A DNA stretch of 64,000 bases from Chrysomallon squamiferum (GCA_012295275.1 CM022665.1:10354001-10418000); one strand, 5' to 3'. Positions 24,783 through 38,803 are shown, numbered from the stretch's first letter. The notes: a model not told the origin generated them from the letters alone. Translations and numbers: made by a program.

Positions 24783-25185
24783 CCTTCTTTCCAACATCTT
24801 TTTGAAACATACGTTCATCAGATTCAAAGCAACATCTAAGAAGGATGACTGACATGTAATTACATTGTGGTGGAATGCATCAACTGTCAATGTGTAAACG
24901 TCATCTAACTTCTTCTGGTACGCTAAAGAATGTCTTTTTGCTAAGTGGAATGACGGGAAGACCACGCTAAATTAATTAAATCATCGTGTCTTGTTCATGG
25001 GTTAATTTCTCAAACAGATGCAAACCACGAGATCAAAGCAACGCCAAAAAAGAAAGAAAATGGAGACGTGATCTATCGAGGTCACGTAAGGTCACGTCTG
25101 CTCGCGACCTTACTCGGCGTTTTGTGATTGGTCTGCGGCCTCGAAACACTTTGATGTTAGTTCCTATCTTACCAAAACACGATGA
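24783..25185 (+). ncRNA. Structured domains
   Basis: TCATCGTGT 24981-24989 / ACACGATGA 25177-25185; TCGAGGTC 25076-25083 / GGCCTCGA 25137-25144; GTAAGGTC 25086-25093 / GACCTTAC 25106-25113; upstream CCTTCTT/AAGAAGG and GGATGAC/GTCATCT. Confidence 0.5.
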
Positions 25186-25581
25186 ATAAACATGTGGGTA
25201 CCCTGTGTGTCATACACGTGGTCCGTTTTGTTGAACAAGGCTTTTTATCTCGATATGTTCCTAAGAAATTGAATTCTCTTTTACGTTCTCTTTAGCTCTC
25301 TCTGTGCTCGTTATTTTTTTTTTTCGCTCTGACTTTTGAAGTCTTAAAAACAAGACACGTTTATTTAGTTTGGTCGTCTATGGCTTCAGCTTTCAGACAT
25401 AAACCAGATTGTTTATCATCTTATAATGATGCGAAATCTTTCGAATTATGTTGCCTATGTAGACGTTTAAAAAAATTATAATAAAAAATATAAAAATAAT
25501 TGTTCAGGTATTCATATAACCAGTGAATAAAAATGTGTCTTGTTAAGTATACGCTAACGTTCAGTGATACGATTATACAAG

Positions 25582-25842
25582 CAGGAGCGGATCTGCTAGG
25601 AAACCAATCAAGCTTAAGATTCACGGCCCCTGATGCATGAGTGCCCCCCAGAAAGCGATTTAAATCGTCGTCACTTCAAAATTTTAATCCAAATCCGAGA
25701 TATCGTGCTTTGATTTAAACATCTCTCATGGAACAAACCCAGTGAAGAAGATAACTTGTTACCAGAGATCTTTGCTGCTTGCGACGAGCTCCCAAAAACA
25801 GTTCAAGCTTCAGGGGCCCCAAAATATAGGTCCATCATTATG
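25582..25842. mobile_element. Decayed hAT-like MITE
   Basis: Begins CAGGAGCGGATCT; subterminal CAAGCTT..GGCCCC motifs at both ends; candidate 8-bp TSD TATACAAG / TTTACATG (6/8); right TIR degenerate. Confidence 0.45.
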
Positions 25843-26796
25843 TTTACATGTTTACCAGTATTATAATGAAACTTTAATACAATATGCTAATTAATTTCTT
25901 GTATAAAACTGACCAGTACATATTTAAAAATCATAATAAATGTCAGCATCAGAGCACAATTAAAACTTCAAGAGTTATTTCTTCAAGCTGGTAAAGGTAA
26001 AAAGTCAGCATTTATGTGTATGTGTCTATGCGTCTGTATGTGTGGGTGAGTGAGTGTGTCTGTTTGAACACTTTGTTAAACTTTTTAGTGATTTCTCAAA
26101 TGTTTCTTTATTTTGTTTTTATGTATATATGTATGTATATGTGTATGCATGTATGTAGATTTGAATATATACATATAGATTTGAATGTATGTTTTAATAT
26201 TTGTATGTATGAATGTATATATATATATATATATGTGTGTATGTATGTATGTATGAATGTATATATATGTGTGTATGTATGTATATATATGTATGTGTCT
26301 GTGTATGTGTCTATGTATGTATCTCTGCATGTATTTATGTATGCATGCATGTATGTGTACGTAGATATTTATTAAAATATAATTACATTGCATTCTTAGT
26401 TGATAAGACTGGAAATGTCTGTGGCAACAAAACAGAACGATCCAGAAAGTAGTCTCGTATATACAAGTAATAAGAGAAACGTTGACCTACGTGGAGATAA
26501 TGAAATGTATTTGATGGTGGCAATAACCATACAATACAAGATTTTATATCTTATCTGTCTTCACTGCCTTTCTGAAACTCAGATAAAGGAATGTCTTTGA
26601 TTGTCTTAGTACAGTTTTTTTATTATTCTGCTGTGTTATCTCCTTCTGTTTTGTTTTTATTATGGTTAGGGTTTTTTTTTTTTTTGGGGGGGGGGTTTCT
26701 TGTGTGTGTGTGTGTGTGTTTTTTTTTTTTTTATCTTCTTGTATTTTGTTTTAAAGTTTAACACGGAACATACGGTGATGTGTTTTCTCAAATTAC

Positions 26797-26862
26797 CTGA
26801 TCTCCGAAATAATTAAAGAGGCAAAAGCACCATTTGGCTTTCCACATCAAGGAACAGGCTTG

Positions 26863-26896
<34 letters not shown>

Positions 26897-27259
26897 CTGT
26901 GTGTGAAAAGAAAGAAAAAGAAAGAAAAAAAAAGAAGAAAAAAAGAAACGCAATCTGATCAAAGGCATCTTATCGTCGTATTCCAAGCACTGGCTTGAAA
27001 AACCAAAGGAACTTTTAGTCGACACCCAAACCAGCGATTAACTTTGACGCAAATCTCGTTTTACATGACTGATCTTTGAAGACTTTGTGGTCTGACATGA
27101 TGAAAGAAATATCTCCCACCTTTCATCACCAGGCGCGGTCTTTTGTAGCTTTTTCGATATTAAAGCACTGGCGTCAAATATGGCATTGTTAGCACTGTAC
27201 AGCAATCATAATCATCACGGTTACCGCGGTGAGGCGATTGTCTCCTGTCTGGAGATCAG
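26797..27259 (+). ncRNA. ~460-nt multibranch domain containing an inserted microsatellite
   Basis: CTGATCTCC 26797-26805 / GGAGATCAG 27251-27259; GCTTGG 26858-26863 / CCAAGC 26983-26988 around (TG)n/A-rich tract; TTTGACGC 27043-27050 / GCGTCAAA 27171-27178; TGATGAAAG 27098-27106 / CTTTCATCA 27120-27128. Confidence 0.6.
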
Positions 27260-27990
27260 AGATGCAATAACTTTAACTAGAGCCTTAAAGTTTTAGTTTT
27301 TACTGACAGTATAAATCATAACTGTCTTTGTTACTAGACGTATTTTGGTGGCTCTGGGAGAGTTTGATATTTATAAACCGTCTTAATAGCAACGGAAAGT
27401 TAAAATTTAGAAATAATGTTATAATCTGTAATGGTGCTTAAAATTTGATTTAATACGTGTGACGTTTAATAAGCGTACGTTGTTTTTGGTTCTAGGCAAG
27501 TATGTGTATAATTATTGTGTTTGGAGGTGTATCTATATCTGCATCTATATTTATATCTTTATCTCTCTATCTATAGAAAGATAGATAGAGAGACAGATAG
27601 ATATGTATGTGTATGCGTGCATATATCAGTGTATATTTATATAAGTTCTGAAATCAAATGTTGTTACATTTCAGTGAAACTGGTTTTAATCACACACAGC
27701 GAGTAAAGGTTAAAATTAAAATTATTATGAAATTTGTTCTGACTCTTTCACTCGAACTGTTTGAAATTCCAAAACATCTGTAAGAACCTGGAAACGCTTC
27801 AGCTAGATTAATTCTAACTTGATTTCTTTTAAAACGACCTTACTTAACAAAGATTTATCTCTCTTCTGAAACACCTTCCACGCAAAGGGCAACCAACAGT
27901 CGCTCGTAAAAACGTATAAAATATTATAAAAGCAAGAGAGTGCAAAAAGCCTTCGCAAACAACACACGCTGGCTGCTGCCTGTTTCTGTC

Positions 27991-28215
27991 GGAACTGTTA
28001 CATTTACAGTTATTTACTTTAACCTTTCTGGCCGCCCCTCTGACCACAGCTGTCCGTGTATCGGTTCCACATGGTAGCCCAGATTGCGTTATTGATGCTT
28101 TCCACGATAAGTCAACTCGTAGGTGATAACAGTTTATCAGCGCGCGAAAACGCGTCCCATGAAACGTCTAACAGTTCAGATGAATACGCAGATAGCAGCG
28201 CCCCCTGCTGTTACC
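27991..28215 (+). ncRNA. Structured domains
   Basis: GGAACTG 27991-27997 / CGGTTCC 28062-28068; TGCGTTATT / AATACGCA; GATAGCAG 28191-28198 / CTGCTGTT 28205-28212. Confidence 0.4.
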
Positions 28216-28624
28216 TCTAGACGATAGTTTGAGAGTAATATATTTTAACTGCTGCGATTCCAAAGTTTTCTGTTGATAAATGTAGCAAACATCTTGGCAG
28301 ATTTATTAAAGAAAAAAAAATAAATATTACGGAAAAAAAAAAATAATGAAATGAAATAAATAACGGTAGATAAAAAATTATTAAAAAAAAAAAAAAAAAA
28401 AAAGTTAATAATTTATAATACATGTCGTCTTAAAAAAGCAGAATATATAAACTGGAAACATTTACATGGAATTTATTTATTCGCTAAAAGGAGCAACCAA
28501 CTTGAAAGATTTATTGCAAAAAATATATTATGAAATGCTTTTTTTTTTTTTTTTTTTTTAAAACTACTTGCCGCAAATGTTATAAAACCTAAGTCAAGCA
28601 ATTTCTCTAATAATAATAATAATA

Positions 28625-28684
<60 letters not shown>

Positions 28685-29203
28685 GCGTGGGTGGATAAAA
28701 GGTGTAACCTCTCTGAATGACAAAAGTAAAAATGAACTCGTGTAAATTCGAGATCAAAATCAGAAACTGTATGACCCTTGAGGCATGTATTATTATTTTA
28801 TCTAAAAATACATAAAAGAAGTGGGTTTTCGATAAAACAAGATTAGATAAATTGTTATTGAAAACACGAATACATAACGTACGAACTTAATTAGACGTGC
28901 ACGTTGAACAACAATTGTTTTTTGATTTTCAATATATCACGTAAATATGTCGACTTGTATTCTGGAGATAAGTGATTTTTTTTTTTTTTTTTAAACGGTA
29001 ACCAGAATATATTGATATACTCTTTACAAAGTAAAGCTAAAATCAGCAAGTCAGCATAATATTTCTTAACAATAACATTATAAAGTAAAAAAAAAAAAAA
29101 AAAAAAAAAAATCAGGAAATATATGTTTACCTATTCCGCCATTTCATTATCTGAACAAAACAGGTCCTTCATTGCATTATCTTCTTTTTTCTTTTTGTCA
29201 AAG

Positions 29204-29241
<38 letters not shown>

Positions 29242-29324
29242 CATTTCTAAGATATCAGGACTTAGGCTTCAGAAATAATGTTCAGATTACTAACAAAAAT
29301 TATTTTTGACATTTCGATATATGT

Positions 29325-29645
29325 GCGTCTGGGGGAGAATAGAAATACGATATTAACGTAGCCAATGGCAAACAACCAGCGTCTGACGTATCAAGGTGTA
29401 AATCTGTCTGGCTTGGCGGATCTCAACCTGGCTCCTCTCTTTAAATAATGTAACTGAACAGTGTGGCTAACTCGCATTGAAGAGCGGGATTTGCACTTTG
29501 ATCCGTGCAGTGTTTGGAAAGGATGATCTGTCTTTAGTAAAGCTCTTTGACACAGATGATGATGGTGATTCATGGTTTTCGAAGACGTGTTTCTTTTTAA
29601 CTCTTCAGGGGTATTCTGCATTTTGTCTTTGTTGTAAAAAGACGT
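29325..29645 (+). ncRNA. Multibranch domain with a 16-bp helix
   Basis: ATCAAGGTGTAAATCT 29390-29405 / GGATTTGCACTTTGAT 29487-29502 (16/16, 3 G-U); AGAAATACG 29341-29349 / CGTGTTTCT ~29586-29594. Confidence 0.6.
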
Positions 29646-29779
29646 TGAAAATATTCAAGATAATGTACTACGTGTGTGTGTGTGTGTGTGTGTATGTGTG
29701 TGTGTGTATTTATGAATGTGCATATGTGTGTCACTGTGTGTGCACGCTTGAGTGTTTTACAAATTTATCTCTGAGGTGA

Positions 29780-30269
29780 ACGTGCGCATGTGCATGCGAG
29801 CGTGCGTGTGTACGTAACACGCTATCCGGTTAAATGTCGGGTTTCAAAGCAAAACGATCTTCAACAGGCGTTAACATTAAAACTCCAGCAACGAGATTCC
29901 GATCAAAACCCAGATCGTAAAAATGCTGAAAATGCTGTCACCCGTCAGAGAAACGATACAAGATAATAAAAACACAGGAGCAATGTGGCGTTTTCCGATA
30001 CAACTCTTACTTTGTCTGTCTCCCACAATATTATTTCAGTGCACACGGACAATCGAGAAACATACGTATTATTATCAGCCACAGAGCTATCTGAAGTTTA
30101 CCAGCCCTGTCTAAAGTAACGCAAGTAAAGACGACCATCAGCATGTGTTTTGGCGTTTGGCAGGCATGTTGTTTCCAAACAGCCATTAATTCTTACTTTC
30201 AAGTGAACTGTCGGCCATTATGGCACCCGCTGCGACGATTTAACATTGTTTGCACACGTGTTTGTACGT
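29780..30269 (+). ncRNA. ~490-nt multibranch domain
   Basis: G-U-rich outer stem 29780-29802 / 30247-30269; GTTAAAT-GTCG 29829-29839 / CGAC-G-ATTTAAC 30233-30244; ACGATCT / AGATCGT; TTACTTT / AAAGTAA. Confidence 0.5.
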
Positions 30270-30511
30270 GGAAAAAGCTCTTTGACTTAATTCACTGCCA
30301 GTTGTCATCGTACGTTTGACACCAGCGTTATTTTCAATTCCAGATTAACTTTCATTGAGGGGAAATTATCAAGTAATTGTTTGGTCTGATATTAACGGAC
30401 TTGTTTTATGCGATTCTTGAAGATAAGATAAAGTTTGTTATGACTTGAATCTATACTTGAAATTATTACTTTTTCTACTAATACTGCTACTGCTACTGCT
30501 ACTACTGATGC

Positions 30512-30577
<66 letters not shown>

Positions 30578-30848
30578 TGGTGTTATATTAGCTTTGTTGT
30601 TAAATGATGTTAATCTCTCTCTCACACACACACATACACACACATACGCACACACACACACACACACACACATACACACACCTTTCCCTCTGGTTTCTCT
30701 TCATCGTCCCTTTTCTTATATCTCTGTCAGTCTTTCTTATTTAAAAAATTTAAAAAATTAAAGTAAAAAAAATAATAATAAAAAATAAATAAAAATAAAA
30801 ATAAAAATAAATTATACGTCTATATTATCTAAAAATGTATGCCAATCA

Positions 30849-31008
30849 GTACAAAGATTACTTCAGTGCGGCACGGAGAAGTCTCGCCTATCTTCTCACC
30901 TCTGTCAGCTTTCTTTTGTTAATCACGTTTAACTGTGAGCCAGTGATTCTGATAGTCCGCTGTCCAGCTGAGAAAAGATCCTGGTATTAACCCAGTGTGA
31001 TATTGTAC
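30849..31008 (+). ncRNA. Cloverleaf-like domain
   Basis: GTACAA 30849-30854 / TTGTAC 31003-31008; GAGAAG 30876-30881 / CTTCTC 30892-30897; TCAGCT 30905-30910 / AGCTGA 30966-30971. Confidence 0.4.
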
Positions 31009-31935
31009 GAAATAACCATTTGATTTGTCTGTTTGTGCAAACCCAGAGACGCTAATTTATTAGTTTACTTGAACTTTGTGGTGATGCATCCAGACAGCCT
31101 GACTGGAACGGGTGCTGATCTTCATACAAGTCTTTATAATATCTTATTCGTTCCTTCCGTCTGTCGTTTGCCCTTTGGTTGGCTCATTTCTCTCTTCTTC
31201 TTTTTTTTTTTTTATTCATTCGTTTGCTCTTTCGTTTATTCATTCGTTCGTTTGATGGTTCGTCATTTCGTTCATTAATGTATGCATCAATCCCATGCAT
31301 CAATCCCATGCATGTATTCATCCATGCATTCATGCATGCATAAAGACAAGCACATATATCCATGCAAACATACACACATACATACATACATATACTTACA
31401 TACGTGCATACATACTTATATACATACATACATATTTACGTTCATACATACATAAACCTACATAAATATACAATATTTACGCTAACAGACACATACATAT
31501 CTACATACGTTCATATACACATACACATATAAGATTTTTTTTTTTTTTTTATTCTCGTATGATGACTCAAAATGAAGTGATGATATTTTTAAAGACGACA
31601 AGCGGGAGTAAACAGTCACAGTTTTACACGACACGTAACTGGAAAAATATTTTTAATATGTTCCTTACATTTTATGTTTGTTTAAACAACAACAACAACA
31701 ACAATAACAAAACCTTTCGTTTTGTAAACCAGCATAAATTATAGAATAAGTTGAAAATAGCAAAAACTTTATTTATATATATGATAATTACAGTTCACAG
31801 TGTATTTAAAGAAGGTGATATTGAAACAGAATGTTAAAATGCACCTTCAAGCAAAAGTCAGTAATGTGAGAAAATACACTAATAAATTTAATACAAATTT
31901 TATTTGAAGTACTCATGTGATAGAAAATTTATCAA

Positions 31936-31990
<55 letters not shown>

Positions 31991-33132
31991 GCAGCAGTAG
32001 TAAAAATAAGTAAGTAATCAAATAAATAAAGAAAGAAAGAAACAAAGCTCTTTCATTTGTTTTACAATAATATAACTGGATCCTGTTAAAAAAAAAAAAA
32101 AAAATAAAAAAGATATGGATATTTTTTACTCTTTTTCTATCAGACTATTTTATTAATCATAAATAAAAATAAAACAAAACAAACAAACAAACAAAACTAA
32201 AACTAGAAAAATAAAAACAAAATGTATAAAAGATAAAGAAAAACGTAAAAAAAAAAAAAAAAAGACTAAGGACATAAATAAAAAAAGAGATATCTTTGCA
32301 AAAATTATAAAACTTATCTAACTGGTACAAAAGACACAACAAATAGACGCGCAAAAAAATAAAATAAAAAAAATAAATAAAAAATAAAAAAGACTCAGAC
32401 ATGTCCAGACTTGTTATGTCGATTTAACACACAAAGAATTTGTACATCTGACTCAGCTGTCGTGACTTCTGATTATTTATAGATATTACGAGAAGGAGCT
32501 TCTGATGTAAAAAAAAAATTAATAAAAAAATAAAATAAAAATAAAAATAAAAATAGAAAAAAAAATAAAAATAAAAATAAAAATAAAAATAAAAATAAAA
32601 TAAATATATATATGTACGTGTATTTTTGACTGTTTGTCTGTCTCTCTCTCGGTCTGTCTGTCTTTATTTATCTATCGATCCATCACTCGTTCGACATGTC
32701 AGTCCAATTATCCCTCTACCTATCTATCTGTTTATCTATCTGTTTATCTATCCATATATCTATCCATGTTTTCATCTATCTATCTCTGTCTGTCCGTTTT
32801 CACATACTTGTAAATATGCAAACAGATGCGCACATATTCATGCACACATACATATATATACGTATATACATATGCAAATACACACATACACACACATTCA
32901 TACATACACATATAGACACACATACATCCATACATCTATGCATCCACAAACATACATACATACATACATACATACATACAAACATTAAAACAAAAAAAAT
33001 TGTAGTTTTTGTATGTGTTTGTTTTAATTAGTTTTTTTAGTTACTGCAATTAACATTTGCTAAAAATATCTGTGTATCTATCTCTCTCTGTTTATCTGTC
33101 TATATCTATCGTCTATCTATATATCTACCTAT

Positions 33133-33179
<47 letters not shown>

Positions 33180-33239
33180 TACAAACATATGCTCCAGAAT
33201 TACATTACAAAATAAATACGGTGTTCTATCTCGAATATC

Positions 33240-33589
33240 GCTGTCATGTCAGACATCCACTGTTATTCCCTACCGACGATGGACTCTAAACTGAGCAAAC
33301 AAAAGGAGCAAGGCATAAGTCCATTCGTTTGAACTTTATCACTAATTGTTTTTCGAGAACAAAGCAATTACATCAGCTTTGACGTCACCTGACACGAAGG
33401 CTTGGATGAACAGCTCATTTGAAAAGAGCACGTGCTCCGCCAACGCATTCAGTTTTGTTAATAACATCCACTTCTGCGCCCAGGTGGCGGGCCTGCTAAC
33501 GAAATGCAGACGTCATGTAGGTCCAATTCTCGACTAGTTTGAATCAGATCATCGGAAATGAGGTTTTTCCGGATGTCATTATGTACAGC
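33240..33589 (+). ncRNA. ~350-nt multibranch domain
   Basis: GCTGT..GACATCC 33240-33258 / GGATGTC..ACAGC 33571-33589; GATGGACT 33278-33285 / AGTCCATT 33318-33325; TGACGTC 33380-33386 / GACGTCA 33509-33515; CACCTG / CAGGTG; TGGATG / CATCCA. Confidence 0.55.
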
Positions 33590-34034
33590 CAGCTTGTTTA
33601 CCACCTACGTTGTTACAGTACTTGAACTAAAATAAATCGTTGACAAGAAATCAGATTTATAATTTACAAATATATATATATATATATTTAAATTAGATTT
33701 TGTATTATGTAATAATTGATATTAAAACAAGTGCTTAAGTACGCATTCTTAGTTCGGTGATAAATTAGAATATGTACATTTCAAAAAACGTATGTTTGTA
33801 TTGGTTAATGTATATTTGTATTAGATTACTTTGTAAGTATCACGTACATACATTAGTATTTATCAAATATCAGATTAGGTATGTATGTATATATTGTATT
33901 TTATTGTAATGTATTTGTGTGTATGTGTATTTGCATGAATATGGTATGTATGTATGTATATATAAACATATACGGATGTATGTATGTGTGTTTGTGTATT
34001 TGTATATATGTATATATGTGCGTGTATATGTGTT

Positions 34035-34089
<55 letters not shown>

Positions 34090-34404
34090 GTATTCCTCCC
34101 CTTAAGATACAAATTTTGAAGAAAAAAAAAAGAAACAACTTTTTTGAATGACATTCAAGGAAGTGAACAAAATATTTAATCGTTTTAACACATTTGTAAA
34201 GACTGGTAAAGACAGATAGCATACAGAAAGATAGAAAAAAACAGATATGTGCTACCGGTTGTCGATCTTAAAATATGATATCTTCATTTTGAGTCATCAC
34301 ACAGGAATGAGATTAATTAGTAATGTAAACTACATGTTTACGTGCAGAGGTGAAAATTACCTTCCTTTGTGTCTGTTACTCTTAACTGAATTGTATAATA
34401 ATAA

Positions 34405-34435
<31 letters not shown>

Positions 34436-34626
34436 AAGAAGAAGAAGAAGAAGAAGAGGAAGTAGAAGAAGAAGGAGAAAAAAACAGAAGAAAAAAAGAG
34501 AAAAAAAATCAGATTTCTTTTTAAAATTGCTCTTCACTTTGAACATTTTAACACATATAGAAGTCAGTTTAGATCATTTAAACAGCCAAAATATGTACAG
34601 ACGGTTTGAAAACCAGATACGTAAAA

Positions 34627-34666
<40 letters not shown>

Positions 34667-35094
34667 TATCTGTATACAAATTTATGTATCAATGATTAAT
34701 ACTGAGAAATTGCTTGTTCTGCAGGGCATAATTATGTCGTAAACGTTGCCTAAAGTGTCGTTTCAACTTAAAACTTAATAAAAAAAAAAAAAAAAGATGT
34801 TTAGTTGTGAAGTGTAATCATTTACGTATCGTGTGAGTAATGTTGTGAGTTCACTCAGTTTACAACTATATTTATACAAGACGTCAGTGACTCAGCGTCA
34901 CAAATAAAGTGATAAATATATCTGCGCGAGTGATACGCAACGTACCTAATATTTACTTCGTTAATATTCATGAGCTCTTTCACCGGGAAAGAATTAAAAT
35001 GGGTGGGAAGTATTTTGTCCCTTTCTTCTTTGTTATCATTGCACCCCTCCCTTATTTTCCTTTTATAGATTTTTTTTTTTCTTTTAACTTTTAC

Positions 35095-35656
<562 letters not shown>

Positions 35657-35837
35657 ATTTTGAAACTTTAAAAAGGAGAAAAAATACAATGAAGGTGTTT
35701 TTTCGTTGTTGTTTTTTGTTGGGGTTTTTTTTTTTTTTTTTTTTCCTTATCTTCTTTAATCTCATCAGACAGTTTCGCTTTTAAAATACTGGGAAAAAAA
35801 AAAAACATTCACTGTTAGATTTGTGTTTATTGTGAAA

Positions 35838-36114
35838 CCTGTTATTACGCAACGTTTGAGGAACGTGCAGCTCGAATTTCAGCCAGCCTGTAACGAGATA
35901 ACGGGGTACGACAAATAGATGAACACGTGTACATGCACATGTGCTGTTTTCTTTACACAAAGAAAGCTGGATTTATAAAGATTAAAGGGTGTAGACCACT
36001 ACGTGTATACATTACGATGGTCGTACATGACAAGCTGGTTGCAGATTAAAGAGAATGATAATAAGCAGGAGACATCTGTATGTAATAGCAGTTGTTATGT
36101 CATTAAATAACGGG
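35838..36114 (+). ncRNA. Nested structured domain
   Basis: CCTGTTATT 35838-35846 / AATAACGGG 36106-36114; CAGCCAGC 35880-35887 / GCTGGTTG 36034-36041; GTACGAC 35906-35912 / GTCGTAC 36020-36026; ACACGTG / TACGTGT. Confidence 0.55.
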
Positions 36115-36665
36115 ACCTGGCTGTACGCTGGGATTAATGTACCGTTTATTTTATCATTTAGTTTAATTATATCACAGTTATACGACATTTTAAGTTTATT
36201 TTTGTTTTTAGCTTGTGTGTGTTATATGTATTAATACTGTATAGGATTTTTCTCGTTTTCAGAGAAAATTTATCGGCCTGTCTGTCTGTTTGTTTGTCTG
36301 TCTACCTCTTTGTTTATCTATGTATGTCTATACATTTTTCTATTGATCTGTATATATATATTTATATGTGTGTGTGTATGTATGTATGTATGTATGTATG
36401 CATGTATGTATGTATGTATGTATGCATGTATGTAGGTAGGTATGTATGCGTCTATGTATGTATGTATTATGTAAGTTTATTTGTATCTATCTCTATATGT
36501 ATATATTTATCTATATATTTAAGTTCGTATACATAGTATATATGTATATACCTATAAGCCTATATGTAAGTAGTTGTAAATAGCATTTATATGTCCATGC
36601 ATAAATACGTACGTTCCATGCGTACATCTTTAATTATGCAAAATTATGTGTTCTTACACGTGCGC

Positions 36666-36923
36666 GTTCTTGTGTGTGGAAGTTTGCATCAACGTCCGTA
36701 CACATGTACTTAATACGTAGGTGTGGCTGTGGTGTACGTCGTCGTCGTCTCCACTGAATGAAAGATGATAATCGGCCATTTCGTTCCACGTAATTTACCG
36801 CCGTCTTTTCGACAACCTTCGTTTTGACACCGGTATTAGTAGTCTCGCGATGTGACTGCGGCCACTGCACAAAATTTCATGTCTAATAAAAGTAAGCCAC
36901 GACATGACCGATTCAACGAACGT
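36666..36923 (+). ncRNA. Cloverleaf-like domain
   Basis: GTGGCTGTGGT 36723-36733 / ACTGCGGCCAC 36855-36865 (11/11, 3 G-U); TGTGTGTGGA / TCCGTACACA; TCATGTC / GACATGA; outer GCGTTC / GAACGT. Confidence 0.55.
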
Positions 36924-37516
36924 CAGATATATATATATATACACACACTTGACTCTGAGCAACAGGTGGTTTTCTTTAAAAAAAAAAAAAAAAAAACACG
37001 TATCCAAACACACTTACAATAGGTGACACAGTATATGGAAGTGTGAATGGAAAGTTCTGTGTATGTATGTAGAAAACGACGTATTTTTTGTTTTTGTTTT
37101 TTCTTTGTTGTTTTTTTAATACATCGTATTGTTAAAGCTTGTAACAATGGAATGCTCCTATGTGTGATTTTCAGAACACATTGTATTTTATGAATGAAAA
37201 CAGATTTGAAGAATATGGCAATTGCGATGGGGGTTTATGTGTGTGTGGATTTGCGACGCTAAAAAGTGACATGGAAAGTTAAAGAGATGTCCTCTTGATT
37301 CGATCAATAGTGGCAGTCCTCTTGGTTGAAATTCTGTGTGTGTGGTCCTTGGAAAGCGATTGGATTTTAAAATCCAGTGCTTATCAGTGATTAAACAGTA
37401 TAGGCCTACATTATATTATGCCTTATATAGTTATAATTATGCATAGGTCACAGAATCAGTTTCACTTTATTCTATGCTATAATATTGTATATATATGAAA
37501 AGAGTTAAGCCTCCTG

Positions 37517-37795
37517 TATGCGACAGTCATCTGGCTTGTTAGGGAAAAAAGTAATTTACTTTTTAAACATGAATTCAGTTTTGGAAAGGACGTGTTTGTA
37601 TCACGCAAGGATAAGGAATTATACGCATTACACGTACGAGTTTGGTCACTCAGTAACGTAAAGGAAGGTGCCGTTAAGAACTTTCTGGTGTCTGATTATT
37701 TGCTGAGTGAATGAGTGTTGAACGACACTTGAGCACAAAAAAATATATATATCGGATGTTAGGTGTATCCGTTTACACATAAGCGCGCGCGTACT
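37517..37795 (+). ncRNA. Structured domain
   Basis: TCACTCAGTAA 37646-37656 / TTGCTGAGTGA 37700-37710 (11 bp, 1 G-U); GAGTGTT / GACACTT; ACGTGT / ACACGT. Confidence 0.45.
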
Positions 37796-38105
37796 CATAC
37801 ATAAACACAAATATAATATACCTAGACAGTACACATACAAACATACATACACATATGCATACACATACATTCATACACACATACATACATTCATGCATAC
37901 ACACATACACACTAACATATATATACATACATTATATGCATATAGGCCTACATATCAAAGTGTTAAAGATTTAGTGAAAAAAAAAAAAACCTGGACGTAA
38001 TAATGGTTTATTCAGTTAATTATTGGTGGGAAAAAATAAAGCCAACAATAGGAAAGAAACACATATCTTATTAGATTTTCTTCCTCCCTTGAACCTCCCC
38101 CCCCT

Positions 38106-38512
38106 TGCTCCAGTGATCATTTCAGGAACCGCCCTTTCAGTTAACACAGGACATTCTGACATTGCGAACGATCCGTGCGAGATCAGTTTCATGATGCGTT
38201 TGGTTGCAACCACGGTATAGTACCGTATTTCATCACTTGAACGTTGCATCGCCGGGTGATTAAACACGTTTCAAGTGTTCGCTGTGACACTGTTGATGGT
38301 CGTTGGTGGTGTAACGTTGACAAGGACGATGGCATGTTTTATTGTTTCCTATATATCTGTCAGCAGACGGCAGGGTTACGTGGAAAGATGGGCAAACAAT
38401 TGTTACGATATAATGAATTATGAGAGACGCAGTACATTGTGCCCATCAAACTGTAACGAGAAGGCGTTGACAAATTTGATATATTAGTAATTATTTTCTT
38501 TGTCCCGGGGCA
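38106..38512 (+). ncRNA. ~410-nt multibranch domain
   Basis: TGCTCC from 38106 / GGGGCA to 38512; CACTTGAACGT 38234-38244 / ACGTTTCAAGTG 38266-38277; CTGTTGATGG 38290-38299 / CTGTCAGCAG 38357-38366 (3 G-U); GATGGGCA 38387-38394 / TGCCCATC 38440-38447. Confidence 0.55.
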
Positions 38513-38759
38513 TCGAGGCGAGGCTTTATGCACGGGGGTTTTTCTACCACGACTTCCCCACTTTCACTTGTAATAATATATTATTTGCTTGTGTGTCAGT
38601 GTACTGCATTAAGTTTTGTCATAACTGTGTCATGGTAGATAGAAACCTGGAGAAAAAAAAAAAAAAATTTACATTCGAAATTTTTCTAGACCCAGTAAAT
38701 AGTCATAATACTTAAGATCACGTTAACAGGATGGGATGTGAAGAAGAACTTTAGCTGAT

Positions 38760-38803
<44 letters not shown>

